This document shows, in pieces, positions 46,624 to 56,495 of a stretch of 64,000 nt of DNA. This DNA is from Dehalococcoidales bacterium (GTDB taxonomy: Bacteria > Chloroflexota > Dehalococcoidia > Dehalococcoidales > BS750m-G39): assembly GCA_016783245.1 (NCBI GenBank), contig JADHWY010000001.1, positions 38,007-102,006 of the forward strand. The letters are read 5' to 3'. The notes under the pieces are model-generated. The model made no database searches. It had not been told where the DNA came from and was given only the letters and a program-made list of their open reading frames with translations. A program made the position numbers and the translations under genes. Position 1 is the stretch's first letter, and each line of letters begins with the position of its first letter.

Positions 46624-47106
46624 ATGAAGGAGCTCTTCGCCAAAAAGCTGTACTACGAATATGATGTGGATAGAGGGCTGAGCGAGATAGACTATATACA
46701 GCTGGTGAAGGACGTCTATATGGAACTCACCAGGATAGCCAGGGAAGGAAGCCTTGTCCTCTATGGAGACCTGGGGGTTTTTCGAAAGCTGAAGGGGAGC
46801 GGTTATAAGGGCAACGAGCTCCTCGTTATCCTTGGGGCTATAGTTGGAGCATGCAGCGAATATGAAGCAGCCAATGACCGCCCCTTGCTTTCCTCCATTG
46901 TAATCAACAGGGATACACGTAAGCCAGGGCTGGGATTTTTCTATCTATCCACAGTGCCGACCTCTTTGAGCAGAAAGAACTGGGAAGATAATAATATAAG
47001 GCCTCCAGAGATTGTTATGAGGCAGAGGGATGCGTTTTGGCTACATGAGGTACAAAAAGTCCATGAATGGTGGCAAAAGCAGCCCTTGGATGAGAGGAAT
47101 GGGTGA
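46624..47106 (+). CDS. hypothetical protein embedded in the glycolytic operon
   Basis: 160-aa ORF (ATG 46624 after SD CAGGAGA; the track TTG 46594 overlaps the apgM stop). Ends 2 nt before, or overlapping, the tpiA start. No family confidently recognised. Confidence 0.6.
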   Translation: MKELFAKKLYYEYDVDRGLSEIDYIQLVKDVYMELTRIAREGSLVLYGDLGVFRKLKGSGYKGNELLVILGAIVGACSEYEAANDRPLLSSIVINRDTRKPGLGFFYLSTVPTSLSRKNWEDNNIRPPEIVMRQRDAFWLHEVQKVHEWWQKQPLDERNG

Positions 47107-47108
47107 AA

Positions 47109-47873
47109 ATGCGAATACCTTTCATTGCCGGCAACTGGAAGATGAACACCACGGTGAGCGAGGCGGCGGAGCTAGTTAAAGAGATGCGCCAAGGGCTTGA
47201 TGCGATAGCAGGTGTGGAGAAAGCGGTGTGCCCACCATTCATTTCCCTGGAGGCAGTGAGGAGGATAATCGAAGGAAGCTCAATAAAACTGGGGGCACAA
47301 AATCTCTATTTTGAGGAAAAGGGTGCCTATACCGGAGAGATTTCGCCATCGATGCTCTCCGATACCTGCGAGTTTGTCATTATCGGGCACTCTGAGCGCA
47401 GGCAATACTTTGGGGAAACGGGGAAGGTGGTTAACAAGAAGATTCAGGCGGCATTGAGGGTGGGGCTTAAACCCATCCTCTGCGTCGGGGAAAAGCTGGA
47501 GGAAAATGAGGCGGGGAGGACAGAGAAGGTGATAGTCGAGCAGCTAAGGTCTTCGCTATTTGGGATAGGTGCTGTTGATGACCTGATTATCGCCTACGAG
47601 CCGATTTGGGCTATTGGCACGGGCAGGGCAGCTACCGGCGAGCAGGCAAATGAGACCATCAGCTTTATTCGCCACAACGTTGCCAAATTGTATGACGAAG
47701 ACATTGCCCAGAGAATGCGAGTTCTCTATGGTGGCAGTGTTAATGCGGCTAATGCTGCCGAGTTTCTCAGCCAGCCTGAGATAGACGGCGCTCTGGTCGG
47801 CGGAGCCAGCCTTAAAGCCAGCGAGTTTATCAGCATTGTCAAGCAAGCCTCGGAAATCAGACAGGCAAGATGA
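47109..47873 (+). CDS. tpiA: triose-phosphate isomerase
   Basis: IAGNWKMN, IIGHSERR, AYEPIWAIGTG, YGGSV. A GTG at 47103 is an alternative start. Confidence 0.95.
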   Translation: MRIPFIAGNWKMNTTVSEAAELVKEMRQGLDAIAGVEKAVCPPFISLEAVRRIIEGSSIKLGAQNLYFEEKGAYTGEISPSMLSDTCEFVIIGHSERRQYFGETGKVVNKKIQAALRVGLKPILCVGEKLEENEAGRTEKVIVEQLRSSLFGIGAVDDLIIAYEPIWAIGTGRAATGEQANETISFIRHNVAKLYDEDIAQRMRVLYGGSVNAANAAEFLSQPEIDGALVGGASLKASEFISIVKQASEIRQAR

Positions 47874-48805
47874 ATCGTCTAGTGGCTATAGTTGGTCCTA
47901 CCGCTGTAGGCAAGAGCCAGCTAGCTGTCCGGCTAGCCCAGAGCTTTGACAAAGAGATAATAAACGCCGATAGCCGACAGATATATCGCTATATGGATAT
48001 CGGCACCGCTAAGCCCAGTCCGAAGGAGCTATCCCTCATCCCTCACCACCTGATAAGCATAGTTGACCCTGATGATGACTTCAGTCTGGCTCAATATCAG
48101 CAGCTAGCCTATGAGGCTATCAAAGATATCCAGAGGCGCAACAAACTAGCCCTGCTGGTAGGCGGCAGCGGACAGTATGTATGGTCGGTTCTGGAAGGAT
48201 GGGAAATACCGAATGTTCCCCCTGATGAGGAGTTCAGACATAGCTTGGAGGAGAGGGCAGCCGGAGGAGAGAAGGATGAGCTGTATCAGGAACTGGTAGG
48301 GCTTGACCCGAAAGCAGCGCAGAGAATCGACCGACATAATGTGCGCCGTATTATCCGAGCGCTTGAGGTGTATAAAAGTACGGGTACCCCCCCTTCTCGG
48401 CTCCAGCGAAAAAGAGGGGCGCTGTTCGAGGCACTGATAATAGGTTTAACCATGGACAGGGCGAAGCTATATCATAAAACCGACTCCAGGGTTGACCATA
48501 TGATAAATGAAGGCTTGGTAGAGGAAGTCCACAAATTACTGGATATGGGATATGACCTCGACCTTCCCGCTATGTCCAGCATTGGCTACAGGCAAATTGG
48601 CATGTTCATCAAAGGTGAACTGACCCTAGCTGCTGCCATAGAGCAAATAAAAATTGAAACTCATCGCGTTGTTAGACATCAATATGCATGGTTTGGCTTG
48701 AAAAATGGTAGAATTAAGTGGTTTGATATGGAGAGCGATAGCGCATATTGGGAAATCAGAGCCTCAGTGGCGCAGTTCTTGGGGGATAAAATAGAGGAAG
48801 AATGA
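47870..48805 (+). CDS. miaA: tRNA dimethylallyltransferase
   Basis: IVGPTAVGKS P-loop, NADSRQIYR(Y)MDIGTAKP, LVGGSGQY. Confidence 0.93.
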   Translation: MNRLVAIVGPTAVGKSQLAVRLAQSFDKEIINADSRQIYRYMDIGTAKPSPKELSLIPHHLISIVDPDDDFSLAQYQQLAYEAIKDIQRRNKLALLVGGSGQYVWSVLEGWEIPNVPPDEEFRHSLEERAAGGEKDELYQELVGLDPKAAQRIDRHNVRRIIRALEVYKSTGTPPSRLQRKRGALFEALIIGLTMDRAKLYHKTDSRVDHMINEGLVEEVHKLLDMGYDLDLPAMSSIGYRQIGMFIKGELTLAAAIEQIKIETHRVVRHQYAWFGLKNGRIKWFDMESDSAYWEIRASVAQFLGDKIEEE

Positions 48806-49677
48806 TGATGGACTTTACCAAGCTGCAGAGTGCCGGAAATGATTTTGTCCTGGTAGAGACCAGCGATTTCCAGCGTGATTGGTCAGCGGTGGCAGTGGCT
48901 ATGTGCGACCGACACTTTGGCGTTGGTGCTGATGGACTGCTGCTGTTACTGCCCTCAGATACTGCCCATTTCCAGATGCGTATGTTTAACCCCGATGGCT
49001 CTGAAGCTGAAATCTGTGGTAACGGCTTAATGTGTATGGTGAAGTATGTTGCCACCAAGGGATTACCGGCTGACATCGAGGCTGATTGGATAAAAGTAGA
49101 GACAGCGGCTGGTATCAGAAAAGCCAGGATTTATCAGGAGAAGGGTAAGCCAGCCGATATCCGAGTCACTATGGGGGTGCCGAGGTTTGGAGCCAAAGAC
49201 ATCCCGGCGGTAATAAAAGAGGGCAGCAGAGATATAGTTGACATAAAGTCTATGCTAAGCTACCCTGTTAACGTAGAGTATAGAGAACTGGTGCTAGACT
49301 TGGTATCTGTGGGGAACCCCCACGCCGTTTATTTCGACCCAGACATGGTATCCGATTTTCCGCTATCTCAGATAGGCCCAAGGGTGGAGCACCTGTCTAT
49401 ATTTCCTCAGCGGATAAACTTTGAGGTAGCTAGAGTAGTAAGCCGAGAGCAGATAGAAGCCCGTGTCTGGGAGAGGGGAGCGGGGGAGACCCTGGCTTGT
49501 GGCAGCGGTGCCTGTGCCATAGCTGTCTCTGCCCGACTTCGCGGTTATATCGACGACAAGGTGGATATAAAACTACCCGGGGGCATATTGAAGGTAGAGT
49601 GGGACGGGGTAGGTGAGATATTTCTCAGCGCCCCTGCTGAAGTAGTATTCCATGGAGAATGGTTACAAGAGGTATAA
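48802..49677 (+). CDS. dapF: diaminopimelate epimerase
   Basis: F(T)KLQSAGNDF, FNPDGSEAE(I)CGNG, GAGETLACGSGA (both catalytic Cys regions). Confidence 0.92.
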   Translation: MMMDFTKLQSAGNDFVLVETSDFQRDWSAVAVAMCDRHFGVGADGLLLLLPSDTAHFQMRMFNPDGSEAEICGNGLMCMVKYVATKGLPADIEADWIKVETAAGIRKARIYQEKGKPADIRVTMGVPRFGAKDIPAVIKEGSRDIVDIKSMLSYPVNVEYRELVLDLVSVGNPHAVYFDPDMVSDFPLSQIGPRVEHLSIFPQRINFEVARVVSREQIEARVWERGAGETLACGSGACAIAVSARLRGYIDDKVDIKLPGGILKVEWDGVGEIFLSAPAEVVFHGEWLQEV

Positions 49678-49682
49678 ATGAG

Positions 49683-50870
49683 ATGAGATTAGCCAAACGA
49701 ATAGAGAATCTGCCGCCTTACCTTTTTGTGCGGATTACCGAGAAGATTGCCGAGAAAAAGGCTAAGGGCGAGGATGTTGTTAGCTTCGCCATAGGCGACC
49801 CTGACATTGCTACCCCACCCTATATTGTGGAGCGCCTGTGTCAAGCAGCTAAAGACCCACCTAATCACCGCTATCCAGAGACTGGGGGCTTACCCCAGTT
49901 GCGTCAGGCTATAGCCGAGTGGTATCAGAAGCGCTTCGGTGTATCTCTTGATGCCGATAAGGAGGTATTACCCCTTATTGGTGCCAAGGAAGGCATTGCC
50001 CACATTGCTCTATGTTTTATAGACCCGGGAGATATTGCCCTCATACCCGACCCGGCCTACCCTGTTTATTCCAAGGGTACTTTATTCGCCGGTGGCGAGC
50101 TTTACTATATGCCTCTCACCGAGGAGAATCACTTCCTTCCAGACCTGGACGCTATTCCAACTAAGGTCTTAAAGCGAGCTAAACTGTTATGGATAAACTA
50201 TCCCAATAATCCTACCGGAGCCGTGGCTGACCTTAAATTTTTCCGCAGGGTGGTAGGATTTGCCCAGCAGCACGATTTATCTATCTGCCATGATGCCCCA
50301 TACACCGAGATAGCCTACGATGGTTATCAGCCGGCTAGCTTTATGCAGGCGGATGGAGCCAAAGAAGTGGGTGTGGAGTTTCACTCTCTATCCAAGAGCT
50401 ACAACATGACCGGGTGGCGGATAGGGATGATGGTAGGTAATGCTGCTATGGTAAATGCCCTGAAGAGGCTTAAGTCCAATTTGGATTCGGGGATTCCCCA
50501 GGCAATTCAATACGCCGCTGTTGAGGCGTTAACCGGACCGCAGGATTGCATTCAGGAACACAACGCTATCTATCAGAGACGCCGCGACCTGGTGATTGAT
50601 ATGCTGAAGAATATCGGACTTGAAGCCAGAGTGCCCAGGGCAGGGATGTATGTTTGGGCTAAGGTTCCTCCGGGCTATGCCTCTATGGATTTTGCCAATG
50701 ACCTGCTAGAGCAGGTGGGCGTGATAGTAACCCCAGGAGTAGGTTATGGCAAGGGTGGCGAAGGTTATGTCCGATTGTCGTTGACTATCCCTGATGCGGC
50801 ATTGGTCAAAGGTTTGTCGCGGTTGAGCAGCTGGCAAGACCATAAAAACAGGTTCAAACCCAAGAAGTAG
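49683..50870 (+). CDS. dapL: class I aminotransferase, probable LL-diaminopimelate aminotransferase
   Basis: LPPYLF...IGDPD, NYPNNPTG, SLSKSYNMTGWRIG (PLP lysine). Adjacency to dapF supports the DapL role. Start at ATG 49683 after the dapF stop. Confidence 0.65.
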   Translation: MRLAKRIENLPPYLFVRITEKIAEKKAKGEDVVSFAIGDPDIATPPYIVERLCQAAKDPPNHRYPETGGLPQLRQAIAEWYQKRFGVSLDADKEVLPLIGAKEGIAHIALCFIDPGDIALIPDPAYPVYSKGTLFAGGELYYMPLTEENHFLPDLDAIPTKVLKRAKLLWINYPNNPTGAVADLKFFRRVVGFAQQHDLSICHDAPYTEIAYDGYQPASFMQADGAKEVGVEFHSLSKSYNMTGWRIGMMVGNAAMVNALKRLKSNLDSGIPQAIQYAAVEALTGPQDCIQEHNAIYQRRRDLVIDMLKNIGLEARVPRAGMYVWAKVPPGYASMDFANDLLEQVGVIVTPGVGYGKGGEGYVRLSLTIPDAALVKGLSRLSSWQDHKNRFKPKK

Positions 50871-50903
50871 GACACTACTTGACATAATATAAGGAGGCGA
50901 ATT

Positions 50904-51293
50904 ATGTTTAAGAGGATTGACCATGTGGAGATTGTACCTGGTGATTTTGAGAGGACTCTCAATTTCTATATAGAAATCCTGGGTTTCAAGATTCAAATGA
51001 GACTGAAGTTGGAAAGACCTCCCTTGGAAGAGGTTGTTTTTATCGAACTGGGTGGCACATTGATAGAACTGTTTTCGGTCAATGAGCCGGCTCCCGTATC
51101 TATAGAGCCATGGCAGGTTAGTTTCCGAAGGATTACGCTCGAAGTGGAGGATATGGATAAGGCTTTAGAATATCTTAAGGCTAAGGGAGTAGAAATATCC
51201 AGCGGCCCGCGAGTCGTAGAAAGCTTAAGAGTAAGAGTGGCGGCAATTAAAGACCCTGACGGACTACCAATTGAGCTAGTACAGCGGGGGTGA
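50904..51293 (+). CDS. VOC (glyoxalase/bleomycin resistance/dioxygenase) family protein
   Basis: IDHVEIVPGDFERTLNFY..LGF at the N-terminus and a DPDGLPIELV-type C-terminus. Confidence 0.8.
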   Translation: MFKRIDHVEIVPGDFERTLNFYIEILGFKIQMRLKLERPPLEEVVFIELGGTLIELFSVNEPAPVSIEPWQVSFRRITLEVEDMDKALEYLKAKGVEISSGPRVVESLRVRVAAIKDPDGLPIELVQRG

Positions 51294-51363
51294 AGGTAGT
51301 GTAGCCCGGTAGCCTGTTTGCTGCCTCACCTCGCTATACATTGCCAGTGCTGAGCGTCAACAT

Positions 51364-52545
51364 ATGAACAGGAGGGGTGTTATTCGTCGGGGAATAGACA
51401 TTACGCAGGAATCCGCAGAACGGGCACTCTTGGTAACCGTAGCCGCTAAGAGAAGCGCTGGCCGATGGTCAGCCGAGGACTCCATGGCGGAACTGGCTCA
51501 ACTGGCAGGGACCGCCGGGGTTGAGGTTGCGGGCAAACTAACTCAACGGTTAAAGGCACCTTCCAAAACACATTATCTGGGCAAAGGCAAGCTGGAGGAA
51601 TTGATATCTCTAAAGGATAGCACCAGCTATAATGTGGTAATTTTCGATGATGAGCTTTCGCCCATCCAGCAACGAAACCTGGAGGAGATTTTAAAGGTAA
51701 AGGTAATTGACCGCTCCGCCTTGATTCTGGACATCTTTGGCCGTAGAGCCAAGACACGGGAAGGTCAATTACAGGTAGAGCTGGCCCAGCACCAGTACCT
51801 TTTGCCTCGACTGGCTGGTCAGTGGAGTCACCTGGAGAGGCTCGGAGGTGGTATCGGCACCAGGGGCCCCGGAGAGAGGCAGATTGAGACCGACAGGCGG
51901 CTTATCCGCCAGAAGATACATCGTTTGAAGGCACAGCTTGAAGAGGTAAGGAAGCATCGAGCGCTATACCGCCAGCGCCGCAAGAAAAGCGGTTCCCCGG
52001 TAGTAGCCATAGTAGGTTATACCAATGCCGGCAAGAGCACCTTGCTCAATACGCTCAGTCAGGCCGATGTCTTTGTTGAAGATAAGCTTTTTGCCACGCT
52101 GGGCCCAATCACCAGGCGAATAACTCTTCCTGATAACCGGGCTGTATTAATAACCGACACCGTAGGCTTTATCCGCAAGCTTCCTCCCACCATCGTGTCT
52201 TCGTTCAGGGCGACCCTTGAGGAGCTGTCTGAAGCTGACATACTGCTTCATGTGGTTGACCTGGCTTCTCATAATGCCGTCGAGCAATGCCAGACGGTGG
52301 AGGATATCCTTGCCGACCTTGAACTAGCAGATAAGCCGAGGATTACCGCCCTAAATAAAATCGATTTGTTGCTTGACCGGGATAAGACCTGGGATGAGGA
52401 GACGGCGATAAAGGACCTCGCTGACGAGCGCACCCCTCTGGATGAAAACACAGTTCTCATTTCAGCAGGCAAAGGTTGGGGACTAGACAGGCTTCTAAAG
52501 CTAGTGAGCCACGCTCTGGACGATATATCTCACCCATCCTCATAA
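51364..52545 (+). CDS. hflX: GTPase HflX
   Basis: HflX N-domain (IFDDELSPIQQRNLE, LILDIF..RA.T.EG.LQVELAQ). G-domain G1 GYTNAGKST, G3 DTVGF, G4 NKID. Confidence 0.93.
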   Translation: MNRRGVIRRGIDITQESAERALLVTVAAKRSAGRWSAEDSMAELAQLAGTAGVEVAGKLTQRLKAPSKTHYLGKGKLEELISLKDSTSYNVVIFDDELSPIQQRNLEEILKVKVIDRSALILDIFGRRAKTREGQLQVELAQHQYLLPRLAGQWSHLERLGGGIGTRGPGERQIETDRRLIRQKIHRLKAQLEEVRKHRALYRQRRKKSGSPVVAIVGYTNAGKSTLLNTLSQADVFVEDKLFATLGPITRRITLPDNRAVLITDTVGFIRKLPPTIVSSFRATLEELSEADILLHVVDLASHNAVEQCQTVEDILADLELADKPRITALNKIDLLLDRDKTWDEETAIKDLADERTPLDENTVLISAGKGWGLDRLLKLVSHALDDISHPSS

Positions 52546-52697
52546 GCGCTTCCAGAATGACGCTCTCAGGTCAAAATCTAGCCCCCTAAAAACTTTTCCG
52601 AGGGGTATTATACCCTGGGAAGCCGTGATGGGGAAACCAAGTCTCTTCTATAGTTATATAAAGTTGTATAATTGCATAAGGAGGTACATCGTTAAAA

Positions 52698-52898
52698 ATG
52701 GGTAAACCTAAATATAAAGTGAAATGCGCGTATTGCGGGAGGCAATTCACGGTTCCTGATTCGTCAACCCCGGTCCCGAAGCATCCCTCTAAGAGCGGGC
52801 CGAAGCCAGCAGGTATTCTATATATACCATGTGCCGGCTCAGGCCTCGAAGGCGTTCCTCTTAAACCTTCTCCTCGGAAAGGGCAGGTTATAAGTTAA
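52698..52898 (+). CDS. small hypothetical protein with N-terminal CxxC
   Basis: 66-aa ORF with strong SD TAAGGAGGT 11 nt upstream and a TATAAT at about 52667. No family recognised. Confidence 0.45.
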   Translation: MGKPKYKVKCAYCGRQFTVPDSSTPVPKHPSKSGPKPAGILYIPCAGSGLEGVPLKPSPRKGQVIS

Positions 52899-52947
52899 CA
52901 TAATATCTTGGGGTATTTATGGTATAATTTTAAGTAGGAGGTGATAT

Positions 52948-53142
52948 ATGATAGAAGTTATAGAGTCTCAAAAGCTCACGGCACATGCTTTTGAAACACA
53001 CGATACTCATGCTCTTGCTATCCTCATTAATGCTTGGCTCCAAAAAAGCAATGCTGTAATTCATGATGTTATTGTTTTTCCACAAGGCGAGCAAGTTGCC
53101 GCAATTGTTCTTTATGAGGGGTCTGGAGCGGAAAACCCATAA
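52948..53142 (+). CDS. small hypothetical protein
   Basis: 64-aa ORF. SD GTAGGAGGTG lies 5 nt upstream, with a TATAAT about 20 nt further upstream. Confidence 0.45.
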   Translation: MIEVIESQKLTAHAFETHDTHALAILINAWLQKSNAVIHDVIVFPQGEQVAAIVLYEGSGAENP

Positions 53143-53429
53143 ATCGAGCCTAATCTTGGTTCGCACTATATATGTTATGTCGAATAGACAGGCAAGGCAC
53201 GCTCGCCTCCGCTGAAAGCTGCTTCCCTCCCCACATAACTAATATGAAACCTTATGAGATGTTGAGAAAGGCACAGATTATATATTGGTTGTTGACCTGT
53301 GTCTTTAACCTTGATTACTTATCATGTTTAGAAAGAAAACCTGTGGGGACGGCATAGAGATTACAAAAGTGAGGGCGGTAATATTATGTCAACTACTCTA
53401 TCGCCACCTTATTTGCGGAGAAAATAAAG

Positions 53430-53501
53430 TGGGCTCGGTAGGGTTCGAACCTACGACCAATCGGTTATGAGCCGACCGCTCTGCCACTGAGCTACGAGCC
53501 C
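53430..53501 (-). tRNA. tRNA-Met (anticodon CAT; elongator-type, an Ile2 lysidine tRNA not excluded), no encoded CCA
   Basis: Reverse complement folds as GGGCTCG/CGAGCCC acceptor and GTCGG-CTCATAA-CCGAT anticodon arm, with T arm GTAGG-TTCGAAC-CCTAC. Lacks the initiator features (no 1:72 mismatch, no GGG/CCC anticodon stem). Confidence 0.85.
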
Positions 53502-53553
53502 TCACTGGGTAGATTATATTGCCTTCGTGTTTTACCGTCAAGCCAATTGTTGA

Positions 53554-53874
53554 CTATTTCCTTGCTGCTTTTAGGGAGGCAAGGACATGCTTGGCATTCT
53601 CTAAAGCTTTATCGTAATTGAGTAGTGGTATAACCTCTGCCTCGGTGAAGGGGAACATCGGCAGTTGAGTCAACAAACTTTGGAGTTCCTCAATAGAGTC
53701 TACATTCCAGATAGCAGAGCTTCCCCTTCTACCGGCCGCTATACCTCCAGCTAAAATCTTCCCTCGCTTTTGAAAGCTACTAAGGGTTTCGACTTGCTTC
53801 ACTGCTAGTTCCATGAATTGGTCAGGTGGCATTGGGGCTGTACCTTTCGTCTCACCTTTGAACAGAAACAACAT
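53554..53874 (-). CDS. muconolactone delta-isomerase-like (ferredoxin-fold) small protein
   Basis: The pattern MLFLF...P....F....V........Q..GK........G......I.NVDS.EELQ.LL.QLPMFPF.EAEVIPL parallels the CatC family from memory. Confidence 0.55.
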   Translation of the reverse strand: MLFLFKGETKGTAPMPPDQFMELAVKQVETLSSFQKRGKILAGGIAAGRRGSSAIWNVDSIEELQSLLTQLPMFPFTEAEVIPLLNYDKALENAKHVLASLKAARK

Positions 53875-53964
53875 AGCTATTCCCTCCTTTCTATATAGCC
53901 TTATTATACCATTATAATATTATGAGGTAGCTTTCCTTTTAAGTTTCCACAGCTTCTCGATAGT

Positions 53965-54969
53965 TTATCCCAGACCTGTGCCTCGGAAAAGAGCAGAGAT
54001 GCCAAAGATATAGAGCCCGATTAAAACAGGGGTGTACCAACCGACGCTGTGTGCCCTGCCCTTCTGTGGAAACCGGAGTCCAAGAATAACGAGAGCGCTC
54101 ATCGCTATTGTCACCCAAGCTGTAGTAAGGTGAGAGTTTGACACCAGGGCAAGGAGAGGGCCTGGCTTGTAGGCAAGGTCAACGGGTCCAATAATGGCGA
54201 TATTAAACATATTGCTGCCCAGGATATCGGCAACCGCCATATCTATCGCCCCCATGCGGAGGGCGGCGATAGTGACCACCATCTCCGGCATCGAGGTGGA
54301 AATCGCCAGAAACAGGCTGCCAACGAAGCTGGCATGCCATTGATAGGTGATGGCAAGCTCGTCACCGATAAAGGACAACCATATTCCAGCGCCGATAACA
54401 GCAGCCGCCGCTAGGCCAAATCTGAGATATACCGTCCTTGCCGAAAGCTCTTTATACCGAGGGGAAATAGACCCCACTGTCTGCGGCTGGCGGTGGCGCT
54501 CATAGCGGAATACCCACCACATCCCGAGGATATAGAGTGCCGCGATAATAATGCTGGAGGCGCCTACCCATCCCGGGCCTAATCCGGAAAACCTTTCCCC
54601 GAAAAATATATTGCCCGCGATGACGGCAACAAGCGCTATGCCCATACCAGCCGACACCATGTGGCTTGAGCTTAGCTTGCTCAAGATGGGGGCAGGGCGG
54701 TAAAGAATATCCAGCACAGCCAAAATGAGGAGATTGAATAGACAACTCCCCAAAAGGTTACCTAAAGCAAGGTCGGGGAGCTTAACCAGAGCCACAGCGC
54801 TCACTCCAGTAACCAGCTCAGGCATAGAGGTGATTGCGGCGAGGAGAACCAGTCCAATCCACATCCTGCTCAACCCCGTCTTCTCGGCAATCGCATCCCC
54901 GTATCGAGCCAGTCTCGTCCCGGCAAACAGGATGATAATAAGGCTCGCAGCAAACTTTAACCAAACCAA
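53965..54969 (-). CDS. sodium/calcium exchanger family (CaCA, YrbG-like) membrane protein
   Basis: Two alpha-repeat motifs (ITSMPELVT..., GNLLGSCLFN and STSMPEMVVT..., GSNMFN). 10-11 TM segments. Confidence 0.85.
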   Translation of the reverse strand: MVWLKFAASLIIILFAGTRLARYGDAIAEKTGLSRMWIGLVLLAAITSMPELVTGVSAVALVKLPDLALGNLLGSCLFNLLILAVLDILYRPAPILSKLSSSHMVSAGMGIALVAVIAGNIFFGERFSGLGPGWVGASSIIIAALYILGMWWVFRYERHRQPQTVGSISPRYKELSARTVYLRFGLAAAAVIGAGIWLSFIGDELAITYQWHASFVGSLFLAISTSMPEMVVTIAALRMGAIDMAVADILGSNMFNIAIIGPVDLAYKPGPLLALVSNSHLTTAWVTIAMSALVILGLRFPQKGRAHSVGWYTPVLIGLYIFGISALFRGTGLG

Positions 54970-55076
54970 AATTTGTGACTCCCGGAAATCATTAACATGT
55001 CACAAGCATACACTATCAGGCGTAAGCCAGTAAAGATATGAGCAAGATACTATGATATAATTATTAACGGAATTGA

Positions 55077-55164
55077 GGAGAGGTGTCCGAGTGGTTTAAG
55101 GTGCCGCTCTCGAAAAGCGGTCTCGCTTTGGCGAGCGTGGGTTCGAATCCCACCCTCTCCGCCA
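55077..55164 (+). tRNA. tRNA-Ser (anticodon CGA), CCA encoded
   Basis: Type II tRNA with a long variable arm (TCTCGCTTTGGCGAGCG) and anticodon loop CTCGAAA. Confidence 0.9.
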
Positions 55165-55205
55165 CCAAGCAAATAGGGTATAATATCATCATCTTGCTAT
55201 ATAGT

Positions 55206-55292
<87 letters not shown>

Positions 55293-55368
55293 CTTCCTTA
55301 TTTTCACCCTGATTTAGCGACTATTTTTGATTGTCATCAACCTACCTCTATGCTAGAATGCTCTCGTA

Positions 55369-56490
55369 GTGAGTAACAAAGACATTAAATATTGGGTGGG
55401 TTTCAGTCTGATATCAGGCATCGGTCGCGTCAGGTTGGCTCAGATGGAAAAACACTTCGGCAATCTCGAGGCTGCCTGGCAGGCTGCTCCAGCGGACTTA
55501 AAGCGCTCAGGGCTGGACAGCGGCTCAATACGTGCTATTACCTCGCGGCGACCCGATATCTCTCTGGATGCTGAGATGGAAAAGCTAGACCGCTATGGAG
55601 TGAAGGTGCTTACCTTCCATGACGCTGAGTATCCATCTCGGCTCAACGAGATATATGACTATCCCCCGATACTTTATGTCAGGGGCTCCCTGCTCTCTGA
55701 GGATGAGTGGTGCCTGGCAGTGGTTGGTACCCGTCGGGCTACTGTTTATGGAAGGCAGGTAACCGAGGAAATAGTAACTGACCTGGCTCGGAATAAAATC
55801 ACTATTGTCAGCGGCTTGGCTAGAGGGATCGATTCCATAGCCCACCGCAGTGCCCTGGAAGCTGGGGGCAGGACCCTGGCTGTATTTGCCTGCGGGCTTG
55901 ATATTGTCTACCCTGCTGAGAACGCCGAGCTAGCTCGCAGAATTATCCAGCAGGGCGCTTTAATCAGTGAGTACCCTCTAGGCACCAGACCCAGGGCGGA
56001 TAACTTTCCCCGACGCAATCGGATAATGAGCGGAATAAGCCTGGGGGTTCTCATCGCCGAGGCAGGAAAGGTCAGTGGGGCCATGATTACCGCTCAAATG
56101 GCGCTGGAGCAAAACAGAGAGGTGTTTGCCATTCCCGGCAGCATCCTCTCGCCGACGAGCGGCGGTACCAACCACCTTATCCAGGAAGGCGCTAAGCTGG
56201 TCAGCAACTACAATGATATTCTGGAGGAATTGAACCTGACAGCGGTAGTCCATCAGATGGAAATCAGGGAGATTGTCACCGCCTCTGATACCGAGTCCCT
56301 GCTATTAAAGCAGCTGGGTGCCGAGCCCACCCATATCGATGAGATCTGCCACTCAACCAGACTACCGATATCAGCACTTAGCAGTACTCTAGCAATGATG
56401 GAGCTTAAAGGACTGGTAAAGCAGGTAGGGAATATGAATTATGTTCTGGCTCGAGAAGCAAGGGGAGAATACAGGATAAAGGTAGAATAG
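55369..56490 (+). CDS. dprA: DNA-processing protein DprA (Smf)
   Basis: GTRRATVYG, SGLARGIDS(I)AH, Rossmann-like DprA core, C-terminal winged-helix (DML1-like) region. GTG start. Confidence 0.9.
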   Translation: MSNKDIKYWVGFSLISGIGRVRLAQMEKHFGNLEAAWQAAPADLKRSGLDSGSIRAITSRRPDISLDAEMEKLDRYGVKVLTFHDAEYPSRLNEIYDYPPILYVRGSLLSEDEWCLAVVGTRRATVYGRQVTEEIVTDLARNKITIVSGLARGIDSIAHRSALEAGGRTLAVFACGLDIVYPAENAELARRIIQQGALISEYPLGTRPRADNFPRRNRIMSGISLGVLIAEAGKVSGAMITAQMALEQNREVFAIPGSILSPTSGGTNHLIQEGAKLVSNYNDILEELNLTAVVHQMEIREIVTASDTESLLLKQLGAEPTHIDEICHSTRLPISALSSTLAMMELKGLVKQVGNMNYVLAREARGEYRIKVE

Positions 56491-56495
56491 GAGCT

